This document shows positions 31,975 to 42,262 of a DNA stretch of 64,000 nucleotides, piece by piece (position 1 is the first letter of the stretch; each line of letters opens with the position of its first letter). The notes below the pieces were generated by a model. It had not been told where the DNA came from. It made no database searches and saw nothing but the letters and a program-made list of their open reading frames with translations. This DNA is from Candidatus Levyibacteriota bacterium (lineage in GTDB: Bacteria; Patescibacteriota; Microgenomatia; Levybacterales; UBA12049). A program made the translations under genes and the position numbers. Location: NCBI GenBank assembly GCA_052034235.1, contig JBPOIT010000002.1, positions 5,939 through 69,938 on the forward strand, written 5' to 3'.

Positions 31975-32763
31975 TTATTCTTGCCATTCTTCTGGAGGAA
32001 CTGACATTTCAATCAGTATGAAGTTTGTGTTTGCAGGGTCTGCAATTGCTGCAATCTTTCCGACACCAATATCTTTTGTCATATGGACTGACCCGCCTAG
32101 TTCTTTTACTTTGGCAACTGACTCATCGAGATTTTTAACTGTGAAATATACCATCCAGCAGGGAACCATGCCCATCATTTCGGGAGTAATAGCCATCATT
32201 CCACCGTTCATGCGGCTCTTATTGAGAATAGTGACATAACCACCATTTTCTGCATCCACTTCATACGTCCAGCCTAACAGGTCACCATAAAATTGTTTTG
32301 CTTTTTCTATGTCATGTGTATACAGTTCGTTCCAACTCATGGCTCCTGGGACATTTATGATACCAGCACCGATATGCTTCTTTGGCTGCCAAAGACAAAC
32401 GACAGCTTTTGTTGGATCTTCAATTGTTGACATTCTTCCTGAATCCAGAACATCCATTGGCGGCATTTTAACAATAGCACCAAGTTTTTCTGCCTTAGCT
32501 GTCATTTCATCGACATTATCAACAGTAATATAATTACTCCAGAAAGAAGGCATATCCGGTGCAAATGTTGGGCTGCCGCCTGCTGTGTATTTGCCATCGA
32601 GAGAGAACATGGTGTAATCAGGTCTGCCCTGGCCTGTTGGCATATCTTCGCTTGTCCAACCCATAAGTTCGTTCATGAACTTTTTGGAAGCTTCGCGATC
32701 TATTGAAAAGAAATCAGCCCAGGAGAATGTTCCTAGTGGATATTTGGTTGGAGTGAATGACAT
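31975..32763 (-). CDS. Two-domain VOC/glyoxalase (CFP32-like) protein
   Basis: Duplicated GTFSWAD / GAMSWNEL, FYGDLLGW, WMVYFTV, DP motifs. Confidence 0.88.
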   Translation of the reverse strand: MSFTPTKYPLGTFSWADFFSIDREASKKFMNELMGWTSEDMPTGQGRPDYTMFSLDGKYTAGGSPTFAPDMPSFWSNYITVDNVDEMTAKAEKLGAIVKMPPMDVLDSGRMSTIEDPTKAVVCLWQPKKHIGAGIINVPGAMSWNELYTHDIEKAKQFYGDLLGWTYEVDAENGGYVTILNKSRMNGGMMAITPEMMGMVPCWMVYFTVKNLDESVAKVKELGGSVHMTKDIGVGKIAAIADPANTNFILIEMSVPPEEWQE

Positions 32764-32819
32764 ATGAGTATTATACGCCGCCACACACAGAGTGCAAGAT
32801 TTATAGTAAAATACTACAT

Positions 32820-33539
32820 ATGTTGAATCAACTTGAAATTATTTCGTATAACATTGAGGTTGGGAAAAAGCTAGATGATGTTGTCTCCTGGATAACCCAA
32901 GCTGACTTACATCCTGATGTCTTTTGTTTTCAGGAGTTTCCTGAAAAACGTCTGGCATATTTTGAAGCCTTTCTTCAAATGCGAGGGTATCAATATGTCT
33001 ACACACCCGGAGTCATCATTGGGAAATCACAGGTAGGTGAGTTAACGGCGTACAAAAAATCAAAGTTACAACTGGTTGAGCATAAGGAGCTTCCACTTGG
33101 GAATTACTTTCTTGAGCGGCGATATAAAAAGCTGCGTGGACAGAGAAGTGCGTTGTTAACTTCATATAAATATCGTGATAGTATTTTTGCTGTTGCCAAT
33201 ATCCATCTCAGTGTTTTTTCACCGCATTCAATGCGTTATAAGCAGTTAAGCCTGGTACTTGAATCATTGGGGCAGTTGGCAGAAAAATCTCTTGTGATTG
33301 GAGATTTTAACTACACGAGCTTGTTTGGCGTGAAGAAGCTTTTTGCATTCATGGAAACATATGGTTTTTCCTGCGCGGGGGAGCGTATGATAACTCATAA
33401 AATTTTCAGACGCATTCCTCAGCAATTAGATTATGTCTTTCATAAAAATCTTTTCCCCAACGAAGTTACTGTACATAAAGTGCCTCATTCAGATCATTTA
33501 CCGGTGTCGGTTCTCTTGAAGGTCAAATCTGCAGTATAA
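32820..33539 (+). CDS. Endonuclease/exonuclease/phosphatase family protein
   Basis: SYNI, CFQE, NIHL, GDFN, LDYVF, SDHLPV. Confidence 0.92.
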   Translation: MLNQLEIISYNIEVGKKLDDVVSWITQADLHPDVFCFQEFPEKRLAYFEAFLQMRGYQYVYTPGVIIGKSQVGELTAYKKSKLQLVEHKELPLGNYFLERRYKKLRGQRSALLTSYKYRDSIFAVANIHLSVFSPHSMRYKQLSLVLESLGQLAEKSLVIGDFNYTSLFGVKKLFAFMETYGFSCAGERMITHKIFRRIPQQLDYVFHKNLFPNEVTVHKVPHSDHLPVSVLLKVKSAV

Positions 33540-33540
33540 A

Positions 33541-35118
33541 TTACTGTGTGGTTTTCGTTTCTACGGTTTTAATTTCTACAGTATTGAGCGGTTGTACTTG
33601 AAATGTTTGGACTCCTGAAGGTTGGACCTCAAATGTTTGTGGAGCTGTTGATTCGACAGTTGTAGTAACTGTCTCGACAGGAGCTTCAACTGCTGTAGCA
33701 GGCACTGCAAGGTCAATAGAAGCAGCCGGTTCCGCACGGCCTCCCATAAAGCTTGTTGCTGCAAATGGTGTCGGGAAACCATTATTATTTTTTGGTGCTA
33801 AGAAGAGAAGCAAAAGGAAAAGCACGAGAAGGAACAGTATTGCCCATATCACCGTTGACGCAAAAGTCACAAGTGCCCAGCCCATACCTTTTTTGATACC
33901 CATACCAATTGCCGGAGCGAGGAAGAAAAAGAGATAGACAAAAGCGGAAACTGCAAAAACAAACAGAACAAGAATACTTTCACTATTTGAATATCCATAC
34001 CCCATGCTTGGATTTAGCAGTTGGGATACTGCATAAATGGCAAAGGTATAGAGTGAGACAAAGAGCATTGAAACAAAGCTAATAGTCATCGCAATCAGAA
34101 AAGTCTTGTTCCGATTCTTGAGTACTGCAACTGAAGCTTCGTCTTTCGCAGCTTTTTTGCCTGAAACTTTGTTTATGACAACCTTTGCGACAATAATGGT
34201 GATAAGAACAATGAGAAGAAAAATTCCTACACCTGTTGCTATTTCTTTCCCATATAGTATGGCTTGAGATTTTGCATAAGAACCAGATACTTCATAAGTT
34301 TCCTTGGGTGCGAGATCAGAAGCTTGCTTGATAATCTTGCCGGTGCCGATTTGGTTGTAAAACTGATCAAACTGAGCATTTCTTATGCCAGAGCTCATAC
34401 TGTCTGTTGCCGGAAGTGCGGCCATAGTCATTGTTCCGCCATAGTTTACGTCGCCGAGTGCTCCACGCAAAATGTAATCTGCATCAGTTGAGATCCCAAC
34501 TTGCAGTGAGTTTATCTTATCTTCTGTTTTGAGCGTTACAAATTTATAGTCATACGCGCCAAAAACATCCTTTTGAGTAATTGTGTTTGTACGGTAATAG
34601 ACAAAGTATGCACCGTTTTTATTTGGCTCAATTGGAGTAGGAAGCTTAAGGAGAATCGTATTATTTTGTGTTTCATTTTGAATGCGCTGGTAGGTTGTGC
34701 TTCCATAAAGATATTGGTAATCAGGCTGCTGATATTCTGCGCATGTTTCCTTCATAACCGCAGGCGTCAGTGTTTTTGTATCAGAAATCAATGGTTGTGG
34801 GAGATACCGAATGCATTGAGGTTCCTGAATAACCTGATAAGCAATCATCTCGGCAGGGGAAATATTCTCAGGCAATATTAAGCTGACAGTTTCAAGCGGA
34901 GTAGTGCCGGTATTTGAAACAATTGCTTTAAACGTCACAACAGCTTCACCATTACCACGAAGTGTAAGGGTATAAAATTGATTTTGTCCAAAAAGATTCG
35001 CAGGTGTATCCTGAGGTGGAACGGGGAGGATGCTAAGACTTCCTGAAGTCGTTTGAGCACTCGCACTAACAGGCACAAAAAGGATAAGAGCTAAAATAAG
35101 AAGAAAGAAACGCTTCAC
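33541..35118 (-). CDS. Exported membrane protein: signal peptide, large extracellular domain, 4 TM helices, P/T/V-rich tail
   Basis: Likely GTG start at VKRFFLL...ASAQ; TM helices in the C-terminal half; tandem QTFEVQP/QTFQVQP in the tail. Confidence 0.7.
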   Translation of the reverse strand: MKRFFLLILALILFVPVSASAQTTSGSLSILPVPPQDTPANLFGQNQFYTLTLRGNGEAVVTFKAIVSNTGTTPLETVSLILPENISPAEMIAYQVIQEPQCIRYLPQPLISDTKTLTPAVMKETCAEYQQPDYQYLYGSTTYQRIQNETQNNTILLKLPTPIEPNKNGAYFVYYRTNTITQKDVFGAYDYKFVTLKTEDKINSLQVGISTDADYILRGALGDVNYGGTMTMAALPATDSMSSGIRNAQFDQFYNQIGTGKIIKQASDLAPKETYEVSGSYAKSQAILYGKEIATGVGIFLLIVLITIIVAKVVINKVSGKKAAKDEASVAVLKNRNKTFLIAMTISFVSMLFVSLYTFAIYAVSQLLNPSMGYGYSNSESILVLFVFAVSAFVYLFFFLAPAIGMGIKKGMGWALVTFASTVIWAILFLLVLFLLLLFLAPKNNNGFPTPFAATSFMGGRAEPAASIDLAVPATAVEAPVETVTTTVESTAPQTFEVQPSGVQTFQVQPLNTVEIKTVETKTTQ

Positions 35119-35199
35119 TCTCTTTAGTAAACCATGTTCATAGTTTGCTGTCAATAAATAAGTAAAAAGTGTGCGTCTTGATTTGTTATAATTTAACAT

Positions 35200-36441
35200 A
35201 TGATCCGCAAGCCTCAGAGCATACAATCAATTTACCTGTCACTGGTTTTAGGTAATACACTCGCGGCTTCATTTATCTGGGGGATTAATACTATTTTTCT
35301 GCTTGATGCTGGGCTAAGTAATTTTGAGGCATTTCTTGCTAACGGACTGTTTTCGCTCGGCATGGTTCTTTTTGAGGTACCAACAGGCATCGTCGCTGAC
35401 ACGTACGGAAGGAGGACTTCCTATATGCTTGGAACAATAACACTTTCAGTTTCAACAGCACTGTATCTTTTAATGTGGCAGATTCATGGTCCATTCTGGG
35501 GATGGGCGGTTTCTTCAATAATGCTTGGACTTGGCTTTACCTTTTTCTCAGGTGCTCTTGAAGCCTGGCTTGTTGATGCGCTGAAAGCAACAAATTTTAA
35601 AGGCAATCTCGAAAGTGTTTTTTCCAAAGGACAAATTGTGGGAGGTATCGCAATGCTCGTTGGGTCTGTCGCTGGGGGAGTGATTGCTCAATTTACAAAC
35701 CTTGGGGTGCCATACATACTCAGAGCTGTGGTTCTTCTTATTAACTTTGCCACTGCCTACTTTCTGATGAAAGATTTAGGGTTTATACCCTCAAAACCTA
35801 AACAGCCATTTTCTGAAATGAAAAAAATATTTGATAAGTCAGTTGAGCATGGTTTCCATAACCCACCAGTTCGTTGGATTATGCTCGCTGCACCGTTTAC
35901 AACAGGTGTAAGTTTCTATGTCTTTTATGCACTTCAGCCATATTTACTCCAATTATATGGAGATGAAAGAGCCTACAGTGTTGCAGGTGTTATTGCTGCA
36001 CTGACGGCTTGTGCGCAAATTGTGGGAGGCATGACTGCTGTTCATTTGCGCAAACGCTTCAAAAAGCGAACAGATATACTTTTACAAGGAATATTTGTAA
36101 CAGGCCTTCTTCTTCTTTTAGTTTCATTGGTAACTAATTTTTGGGTTGCGCTCATTCTTATTTTTGCGTGGGCACTGCTTTCGGCTGCCATCATGCCTGT
36201 ACGCCAAGCATATCTTAATGACATTATCCCTTCTGAACAGCGAGCGACAGTTTTGTCATTTGATTCATTGATGGGTTCAAGTGGTGGTATTGTGCTCCAG
36301 CCTGCGCTCGGAAAGGCTGCTGACATGTGGGGATATGGTACTTCCTATGCTCTGTCAGCGTGTTTCCAATTTGCAGCATTGCCGTTTATCTATTTTGCAA
36401 AAAAAGAAAAGGTAAAAGCTGATGTTATCGAAGAAAAATAA
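35200..36441 (+). CDS. MFS transporter
   Basis: FEVPTGIVADTYGRR, SGALEAWLVD, IPSEQRATVLSF. Confidence 0.92.
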   Translation: MIRKPQSIQSIYLSLVLGNTLAASFIWGINTIFLLDAGLSNFEAFLANGLFSLGMVLFEVPTGIVADTYGRRTSYMLGTITLSVSTALYLLMWQIHGPFWGWAVSSIMLGLGFTFFSGALEAWLVDALKATNFKGNLESVFSKGQIVGGIAMLVGSVAGGVIAQFTNLGVPYILRAVVLLINFATAYFLMKDLGFIPSKPKQPFSEMKKIFDKSVEHGFHNPPVRWIMLAAPFTTGVSFYVFYALQPYLLQLYGDERAYSVAGVIAALTACAQIVGGMTAVHLRKRFKKRTDILLQGIFVTGLLLLLVSLVTNFWVALILIFAWALLSAAIMPVRQAYLNDIIPSEQRATVLSFDSLMGSSGGIVLQPALGKAADMWGYGTSYALSACFQFAALPFIYFAKKEKVKADVIEEK

Positions 36442-36990
36442 TTATTTAAATTTGACGGGGATGACAAGAGGAGTACCTTCGCCTTTATAAGTCGTATTTG
36501 CCTTTTCAATAATTAGTTTCCCTTTGTCAGTTGAGATAGTTTCTTCTTTAAAACTAATTGCAGCAACGAACGGGACGAGGCCATTTGTTTTCGTCGTATT
36601 TATTGCTTTTACCTCTTTTGTCATGATGACTTTGCCGTTTTCATCTTCAAGCCTCACGTTAAGTTTTTCATCAAAATACCATCCGCCTAGAGCTTTTCCA
36701 TCAAGTTTGAATGGACTTGAAACGAGTTGGTTCGGCTTGGGTTCTGTCACGACAATGACTTTTTCAAGCATTTTGCCGTTATATACCTCAACAAAGACCT
36801 GGTCATTTTTTGTATGACACTCTCGGGGCTCAGTCTCAACGACCAAAAAGCCAGCTGCCTGACAGTCTTCAAAGGTTTTAATATCTGTGGGTTTGGATTG
36901 TTGTCTGAGGGGATTAGGAAAGAACAAATACACCCCGACACCAACGCCGACGACTACGAGTAAAATGAGCAGAATAGCAACTACTTTCAT
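36442..36990 (-). CDS. Membrane-anchored protein with Gmad2-like Ig domain
   Basis: TM anchor, FEDCQAAG..V.ET.PREC, PKPNQLVSSPFKLDGKALGGWYF. Confidence 0.7.
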   Translation of the reverse strand: MKVVAILLILLVVVGVGVGVYLFFPNPLRQQSKPTDIKTFEDCQAAGFLVVETEPRECHTKNDQVFVEVYNGKMLEKVIVVTEPKPNQLVSSPFKLDGKALGGWYFDEKLNVRLEDENGKVIMTKEVKAINTTKTNGLVPFVAAISFKEETISTDKGKLIIEKANTTYKGEGTPLVIPVKFK

Positions 36991-37086
36991 AGGTGTACAT
37001 TCTTATTATAAAGAAGATTTAAAAAAAGACAAACAGGAGAAGCTAGTAGTTGACAACACAAAACGTTTTTTGTCATTATGGATTGT

Positions 37087-38427
37087 ATGAACTTATTTCG
37101 TCTTATTGGATTATCAGTGCTACTCAGTTTAGCTATTGGTGTTGCTCCTGCTGCCGCCGCAACGACAGGCACATTACTCCCAGTTTCAGATGGTAACTAT
37201 ACGCAATGGATTCCTAAAAGCGGTGCAAGTCATTTTGTGATGGTTGATGAAACAACATGTAATGGAACTACAGATTATAATTCGACAACAACGGTAAATC
37301 ACAGGGATGCTTACGGGTTGTCACTGGCTACAATTCCGGATGGATCAACAATTACTCAAATAGCTCTTACACCCTGTGCTTCAAAGAATACAAGTGGAGG
37401 TTCCAATTCTACTATGAATGTCTTTTACCGATTGAATGGTGTAGATAGTGCCAATGCTGGTAATTATTCTGTAAGCGGTACAACACCTGCAAGCCTATCA
37501 ACCACCTTATTTTCGGGTTTAACAATATTGAAATCACCGACAACGGCTCTTCAGGCTGGTGTCGTATATACAGCAGGAACGAGAGGACTTCGTGTTAGCC
37601 GCATGGCGTCAATCATTACCTATACACCTCTTGCAACACCGTCCGGTTTAGTAGCTGTTGCCACAGGATCAGCAGTTGGTATAACTTGGGTTGATAACTC
37701 AACGAATGAAGATGGTTTTAAAATTGAACGGTCAGATAATGGTGGAGCATATGTTGAAGTAGGAACAGTAGGGCAGAATATTAAGATTTATTCTGATCCA
37801 GGTCTTGCTGTTGGAACATACGCCTATAGAGTAAGGGCTTACAATGCCGCAGCAAATTCCGCTTATACCTCAGTCTCAACAGCCTATGTCATTAGCGCAC
37901 CATCGTCTTTAGCTGCTAATACTGCAAGTGGCTCGGTTGCACTCAGTTGGGTAGATAACTCGTCAAATGAAGATGGTTTTCGTCTAGAGCGTAGATTGAA
38001 CGGAGTTGGTTCGTTTGCTTTTGTTAAAAACCTTTCAAGCAATGTTATTGTAACGACAGATAATAATCTTCCGGCAGGAGTCTATGAATATCGTATAAGG
38101 GCGTATAAAAGTACAAGCGCGTCTGACTATTCAAATGTGGACGAAGCAACTGTCCTTGCAAGTCCGACCAGCTTAACCGCAACAGCAATTGGTTCTGGTT
38201 CAATCCTTTTGAATTGGACTGATAATGCTGCAAATGAAGAAGGTTTTAGCATTGAAAGGCGAAATGGCACGGGTGCGTATGCAGTTGTTGCTACAACATC
38301 TGCAAGTGTGACAAGTTATGAAGATCCTGGTTTAACAGTGGGTATGACTTATCATTATCGTGTGCGTGCTTTTCTCGGTACTGAAACATCAAGTGCAACT
38401 GCGACAGCTAGTGCAACAGCTTTTTAA
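37087..38427 (+). CDS. Secreted protein with three fibronectin type III repeats
   Basis: Signal peptide; three W.DNS/A.NE.GF..ER...Y.YRV/IRA units. Confidence 0.88.
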   Translation: MNLFRLIGLSVLLSLAIGVAPAAAATTGTLLPVSDGNYTQWIPKSGASHFVMVDETTCNGTTDYNSTTTVNHRDAYGLSLATIPDGSTITQIALTPCASKNTSGGSNSTMNVFYRLNGVDSANAGNYSVSGTTPASLSTTLFSGLTILKSPTTALQAGVVYTAGTRGLRVSRMASIITYTPLATPSGLVAVATGSAVGITWVDNSTNEDGFKIERSDNGGAYVEVGTVGQNIKIYSDPGLAVGTYAYRVRAYNAAANSAYTSVSTAYVISAPSSLAANTASGSVALSWVDNSSNEDGFRLERRLNGVGSFAFVKNLSSNVIVTTDNNLPAGVYEYRIRAYKSTSASDYSNVDEATVLASPTSLTATAIGSGSILLNWTDNAANEEGFSIERRNGTGAYAVVATTSASVTSYEDPGLTVGMTYHYRVRAFLGTETSSATATASATAF

Positions 38428-38520
38428 TCCTTCTAATTATTCTGCAGGAGATATTCTATTGTTAGTGACTCCTTGATTCTGACTTATATGGAAACCAATT
38501 GGAGAAAGTGTCAAGTCTTT

Positions 38521-39357
38521 TTATTTAGGTTGGAAGTTGGTGAATTCTTGTGCGCAGGAGTTTCCTGAGCAGGCAACGCAGCTATAGGCATAGTTACCAA
38601 CAATTGCATCGTGATGAATCTTATCATTGATCCACCAGTTAAATGCTGCTTCTTCTGTTCGCATAGAAATAATATTTTCAGAATTCCAGTAGGGAAGTGC
38701 GCGTGCTTTGAGTCCTGCATGCATATAACCTCCAGTAACTTCAGCCGCAATTTCTGGAGCACGTGAAGCCGCAAGTGAGCAAGCCCGTTCGTCTTTTTGA
38801 AATGCTGGTAATCCTTGAGATGCTCTATAGGCATTACTCATGGCGAAGAGCTTTTCTGGATCTAATCCTCCTGCATTTGATTGAGGTGCGATACTTGCTG
38901 CTGTAGTGGGTAGAGGTGCTGTTGTTGGAGCGGTTGTTGGCGCTGCATGTGTAATCTGAGGTGTCTGTGTTACTTGTGGTTTGGTACTTGGTGTCGGTGA
39001 GACTATTTCAGTACCATCCTCGTTTTTAAAAACAGCAGGAGGTTGTTGATCAGGAAGTACAGGCAGGGTCATTACCGTGGCTATCGTTGGTAGAAGCACA
39101 ACTTCACCCATAACCTTATTTGTTTCCAAATGAGTAATTTGAATTTTTTCAGGAATAGTGAAACTAATATGTACCGTGAGGGGAGATTGTTTTGTTGCGC
39201 TGGTATAGGTTATTGATTCATCGTTAAAAGTTAGCCCTGCGTATTCAAACTGTAGAGGAAGGGTTACTGTTTCGGCGTGCGCGACAGATGTGGCAGAAAA
39301 AAATATGCCTAAAAACGAAAAAAGGGCCGTACTGATTGTAAATAGTGTTTTGTGCAT
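38521..39357 (-). CDS. Secreted CAP/SCP-domain protein with P/T-rich linker
   Basis: Signal peptide; SNAYRASQGL, A..RA, ENI, WW....H. Confidence 0.8.
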   Translation of the reverse strand: MHKTLFTISTALFSFLGIFFSATSVAHAETVTLPLQFEYAGLTFNDESITYTSATKQSPLTVHISFTIPEKIQITHLETNKVMGEVVLLPTIATVMTLPVLPDQQPPAVFKNEDGTEIVSPTPSTKPQVTQTPQITHAAPTTAPTTAPLPTTAASIAPQSNAGGLDPEKLFAMSNAYRASQGLPAFQKDERACSLAASRAPEIAAEVTGGYMHAGLKARALPYWNSENIISMRTEEAAFNWWINDKIHHDAIVGNYAYSCVACSGNSCAQEFTNFQPK

Positions 39358-39405
39358 CAGGGCTCTACTACATCTAGTATAACAAACCAAAACGGCTGTG
39401 GCAAA

Positions 39406-40707
39406 TCATTGTTGTGCTGCTTCGTGTGTGAGCGTTACGAGTACCAGGTCAGGTACATAGAGGAATTCTTCTTTTTTGTAACCGTTTCGCAAAAGCGCAT
39501 CGTGGACGTTTTTGGAGAGGACAACTGGATAATAATCATCAATTTTATGTGAGAGGGTTTGTTGTTCAGTTTGATCCTCAAAAATATCGTAGCCTATGGT
39601 TAAGATCCCGAGTTTTGTTTTTGAAGGTTTGTAACCGAGTTCTTTAAGGCGTGTATAGAATCTTTCCTTATACTCAGTGATACCTTCTTTTGTTGCTCTA
39701 AAGACGATTCTACGGCCTTTAGCGATAGTTAAAATCTTTTTGAGCACAATATCAGATGGATCCAGCAGTGTCACTCCACTATATCGCAGAGCAATTGATC
39801 CCATGGTGATAACATCTTCACTCTTTGGGATAATTGCTTTTTCATCTTCTGAGACAACATAACTTTTATGGTATTTATCTCCAATAATAATAATGCGGTT
39901 TTGATTCCAGTTCAGTTCTTTTTCGATGACTCTGATATTTTGGCAGAGAATGTCGAGTTTATGAGGAGAAAGATCATATGCTTTTGCACCTGGTAAAAAG
40001 ATTTGGTCATCTTTAACAGGGAAGAACACATATTCACCCGCGTGTTCACCATCTGCTCTTATAAGCGTTTGTTTGAGGTCGTCATACAGTCCATCAGCTG
40101 CATAGGTATTCCAGAAAATGGTAACGAATGGTTTTGTTTCTGAGATTGTAACTGTTTCATCAGGTTTATGGTTGAGGACAAACTGTGTGCCGATAAAGTC
40201 GCCTTTGCCCACAAAAAGCAGAGAATGACCGGGTTTCATGATAAGGCGGAGCATGCCGCTTGTGACTTGTTCTTGAAGCATTTTCTTTGCAAGATAGACT
40301 TTATCAAGCCAGGTTCTTCTATCAATTGCATCAATAAGTTTTTTGATACCGAAAATGCCAAAAGAGTAGAGGACGATGTTTGGAATGTGGTAGAGGATAT
40401 TGGCTTTTCGAACGGGCTCTCCAATCATGTCCCATAAATAATCAATTCCAACAAGCATCGGAGGTGGGAAATTCGTCCAGGAAGGTAATTGATTGACAAA
40501 TGCTTTAAACTCGATTGGAAACGCAGTAAAGATGAACCCAAACAGTAATGACAGCGGCACAGTTATACGTTTCAGTACTTTTCGAAGTTTGGTATCCTGA
40601 TTTAATTTCTCAAATTGCAAAAGATAGGTGATATCTTCTGGCTTTATTGATGTACCAGATGTGACATTCTTTGCAATGGCTATGAGTCTGCGCTTTTGAT
40701 ACTGCAT
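39406..40707 (-). CDS. Hypothetical membrane protein (2 TM plus large soluble domain)
   Basis: 433-aa ORF; two hydrophobic segments near the N-terminus. Confidence 0.65.
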   Translation of the reverse strand: MQYQKRRLIAIAKNVTSGTSIKPEDITYLLQFEKLNQDTKLRKVLKRITVPLSLLFGFIFTAFPIEFKAFVNQLPSWTNFPPPMLVGIDYLWDMIGEPVRKANILYHIPNIVLYSFGIFGIKKLIDAIDRRTWLDKVYLAKKMLQEQVTSGMLRLIMKPGHSLLFVGKGDFIGTQFVLNHKPDETVTISETKPFVTIFWNTYAADGLYDDLKQTLIRADGEHAGEYVFFPVKDDQIFLPGAKAYDLSPHKLDILCQNIRVIEKELNWNQNRIIIIGDKYHKSYVVSEDEKAIIPKSEDVITMGSIALRYSGVTLLDPSDIVLKKILTIAKGRRIVFRATKEGITEYKERFYTRLKELGYKPSKTKLGILTIGYDIFEDQTEQQTLSHKIDDYYPVVLSKNVHDALLRNGYKKEEFLYVPDLVLVTLTHEAAQQ

Positions 40708-40798
40708 ATGTGTATTATACCTTGGCTTTGATTACCTGTGAAGAGGAGGCTGAAGGTTGTGTGAAACTCATATGAGTGCTATTATATCGACATTTCTC

Positions 40799-42259
40799 AT
40801 GGAAATCCTTCTGACTTATCTTAATCCTATTCGCCGTTTAGGCAAGAAGAAGTATTCAACACTGTTTCCGCTCCTGGTTTCAGTAGTCATACCCGTTCTT
40901 TCGGAATTATTTGCTGTATTTATAGCACATAATCCCAATATTGTTGGTGTGTATATCATCTGGGCTAATGTTATGACAATTATGTATTTTGCCTTTCGTG
41001 ACGGGTTAAAAGGAGGAGTGATTGCAGCACTTATTCCAGTTTGTTACTACGCGTACATCATTTACACAAGACAACACACAGGTGCTCAACTGGTTGCAAG
41101 TGTTGAAACAACAATTGTGCTAGGCCTTCTGTATCTTGCAATGGCGGGTGTCATCGGGTGGTTGAAGCAAACAATTGATAGCCTCATTGAAAGTGAAGCA
41201 AATGAAAAAAGGCGCCTCCAAGCGATTGTGCAGCAATTACCAGTTGGGGTTGTTATTACTGATAGTAAAGGCAGAGTTACACAAGTAAATAAAAAGTTGG
41301 AAACGATTTTAGGTACAAAAATACCCCTAGGTTTTATAATGGGAAGCGCTCCGCTTTTGCCGACCACCACAAATGGGAAAAATATTGTGCCTTCAAAAGG
41401 TCCACTCGCACAGGTTATTTCTACAGGCAAGACGGTAGGTGGAAAAGAATTTAGTATTAAACGCAAAGATGGCCGGGAAGTGTACGTTCTCACAAGTGCC
41501 GCTCCTATTCATAACAAAGTAGGTAAATTGATCGCGGCTGCTTCAATTTCCTACGACATTACCCAGCAAAAAGAGCTTGAAAAACGGAAAGATGATTTTT
41601 TAAATATGGCTTCTCATGAGTTGCGAACTCCACTCACAAGCATGAAACTCTACATCGATTCACTGACAGCAAAGGTTAGAGACTACGATGATGAACGTGT
41701 CAATAAAACAATAAAAAGTATCAAACAGCAGACTGATAGGCTTCAGGAGTTAGTAAGTGATTTACTTGATGTCTCCAAGATCCAAACCGGCAAGCTGAGT
41801 TTTGTTAAAGAAACGTTTCGGCTTGATACATTAGCTGCTGAAACAATTGAAGATGTGCGGGGAATGGCTAAAAAACAGGAGATTGTGCTAACAAGTAAGG
41901 CGTCGGTGAATGTGTTTGCAGATAGATTTCGTATGTATCAAGTGCTCACCAATCTCATCACAAATGCCATAAAGTATTCAAAAGGTGAAAAACAAATCAA
42001 AGTCAGAATAAAGCGGGAAGCTGATAAAGTCGTTGTTAGCGTACAAGATTTTGGGATTGGGATTGCAAAAGAGCAGCAAAAGAAAATCTTTGAGAGACTT
42101 TATCAAGTACAGGATGACAATGGCAGAACATATCCTGGATTTGGGATGGGTTTATATATCTCGAAAGAAATAATTACGAGGCACAAAGGTGCAATTTGGG
42201 TTGAAAGTGAAAAAGGGAAGGGATCGACATTTTATTTCACGCTTCCTCTTAAAAAATAA
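40799..42259 (+). CDS. PAS-domain sensor histidine kinase
   Basis: 4 TM helices, PAS (LPVGVVITDSKG...RKDG), ASHELRTPLT, NLITNAIKYS, DFGIGI, GFGMGL. Confidence 0.92.
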   Translation: MEILLTYLNPIRRLGKKKYSTLFPLLVSVVIPVLSELFAVFIAHNPNIVGVYIIWANVMTIMYFAFRDGLKGGVIAALIPVCYYAYIIYTRQHTGAQLVASVETTIVLGLLYLAMAGVIGWLKQTIDSLIESEANEKRRLQAIVQQLPVGVVITDSKGRVTQVNKKLETILGTKIPLGFIMGSAPLLPTTTNGKNIVPSKGPLAQVISTGKTVGGKEFSIKRKDGREVYVLTSAAPIHNKVGKLIAAASISYDITQQKELEKRKDDFLNMASHELRTPLTSMKLYIDSLTAKVRDYDDERVNKTIKSIKQQTDRLQELVSDLLDVSKIQTGKLSFVKETFRLDTLAAETIEDVRGMAKKQEIVLTSKASVNVFADRFRMYQVLTNLITNAIKYSKGEKQIKVRIKREADKVVVSVQDFGIGIAKEQQKKIFERLYQVQDDNGRTYPGFGMGLYISKEIITRHKGAIWVESEKGKGSTFYFTLPLKK

Positions 42260-42262
42260 AAA

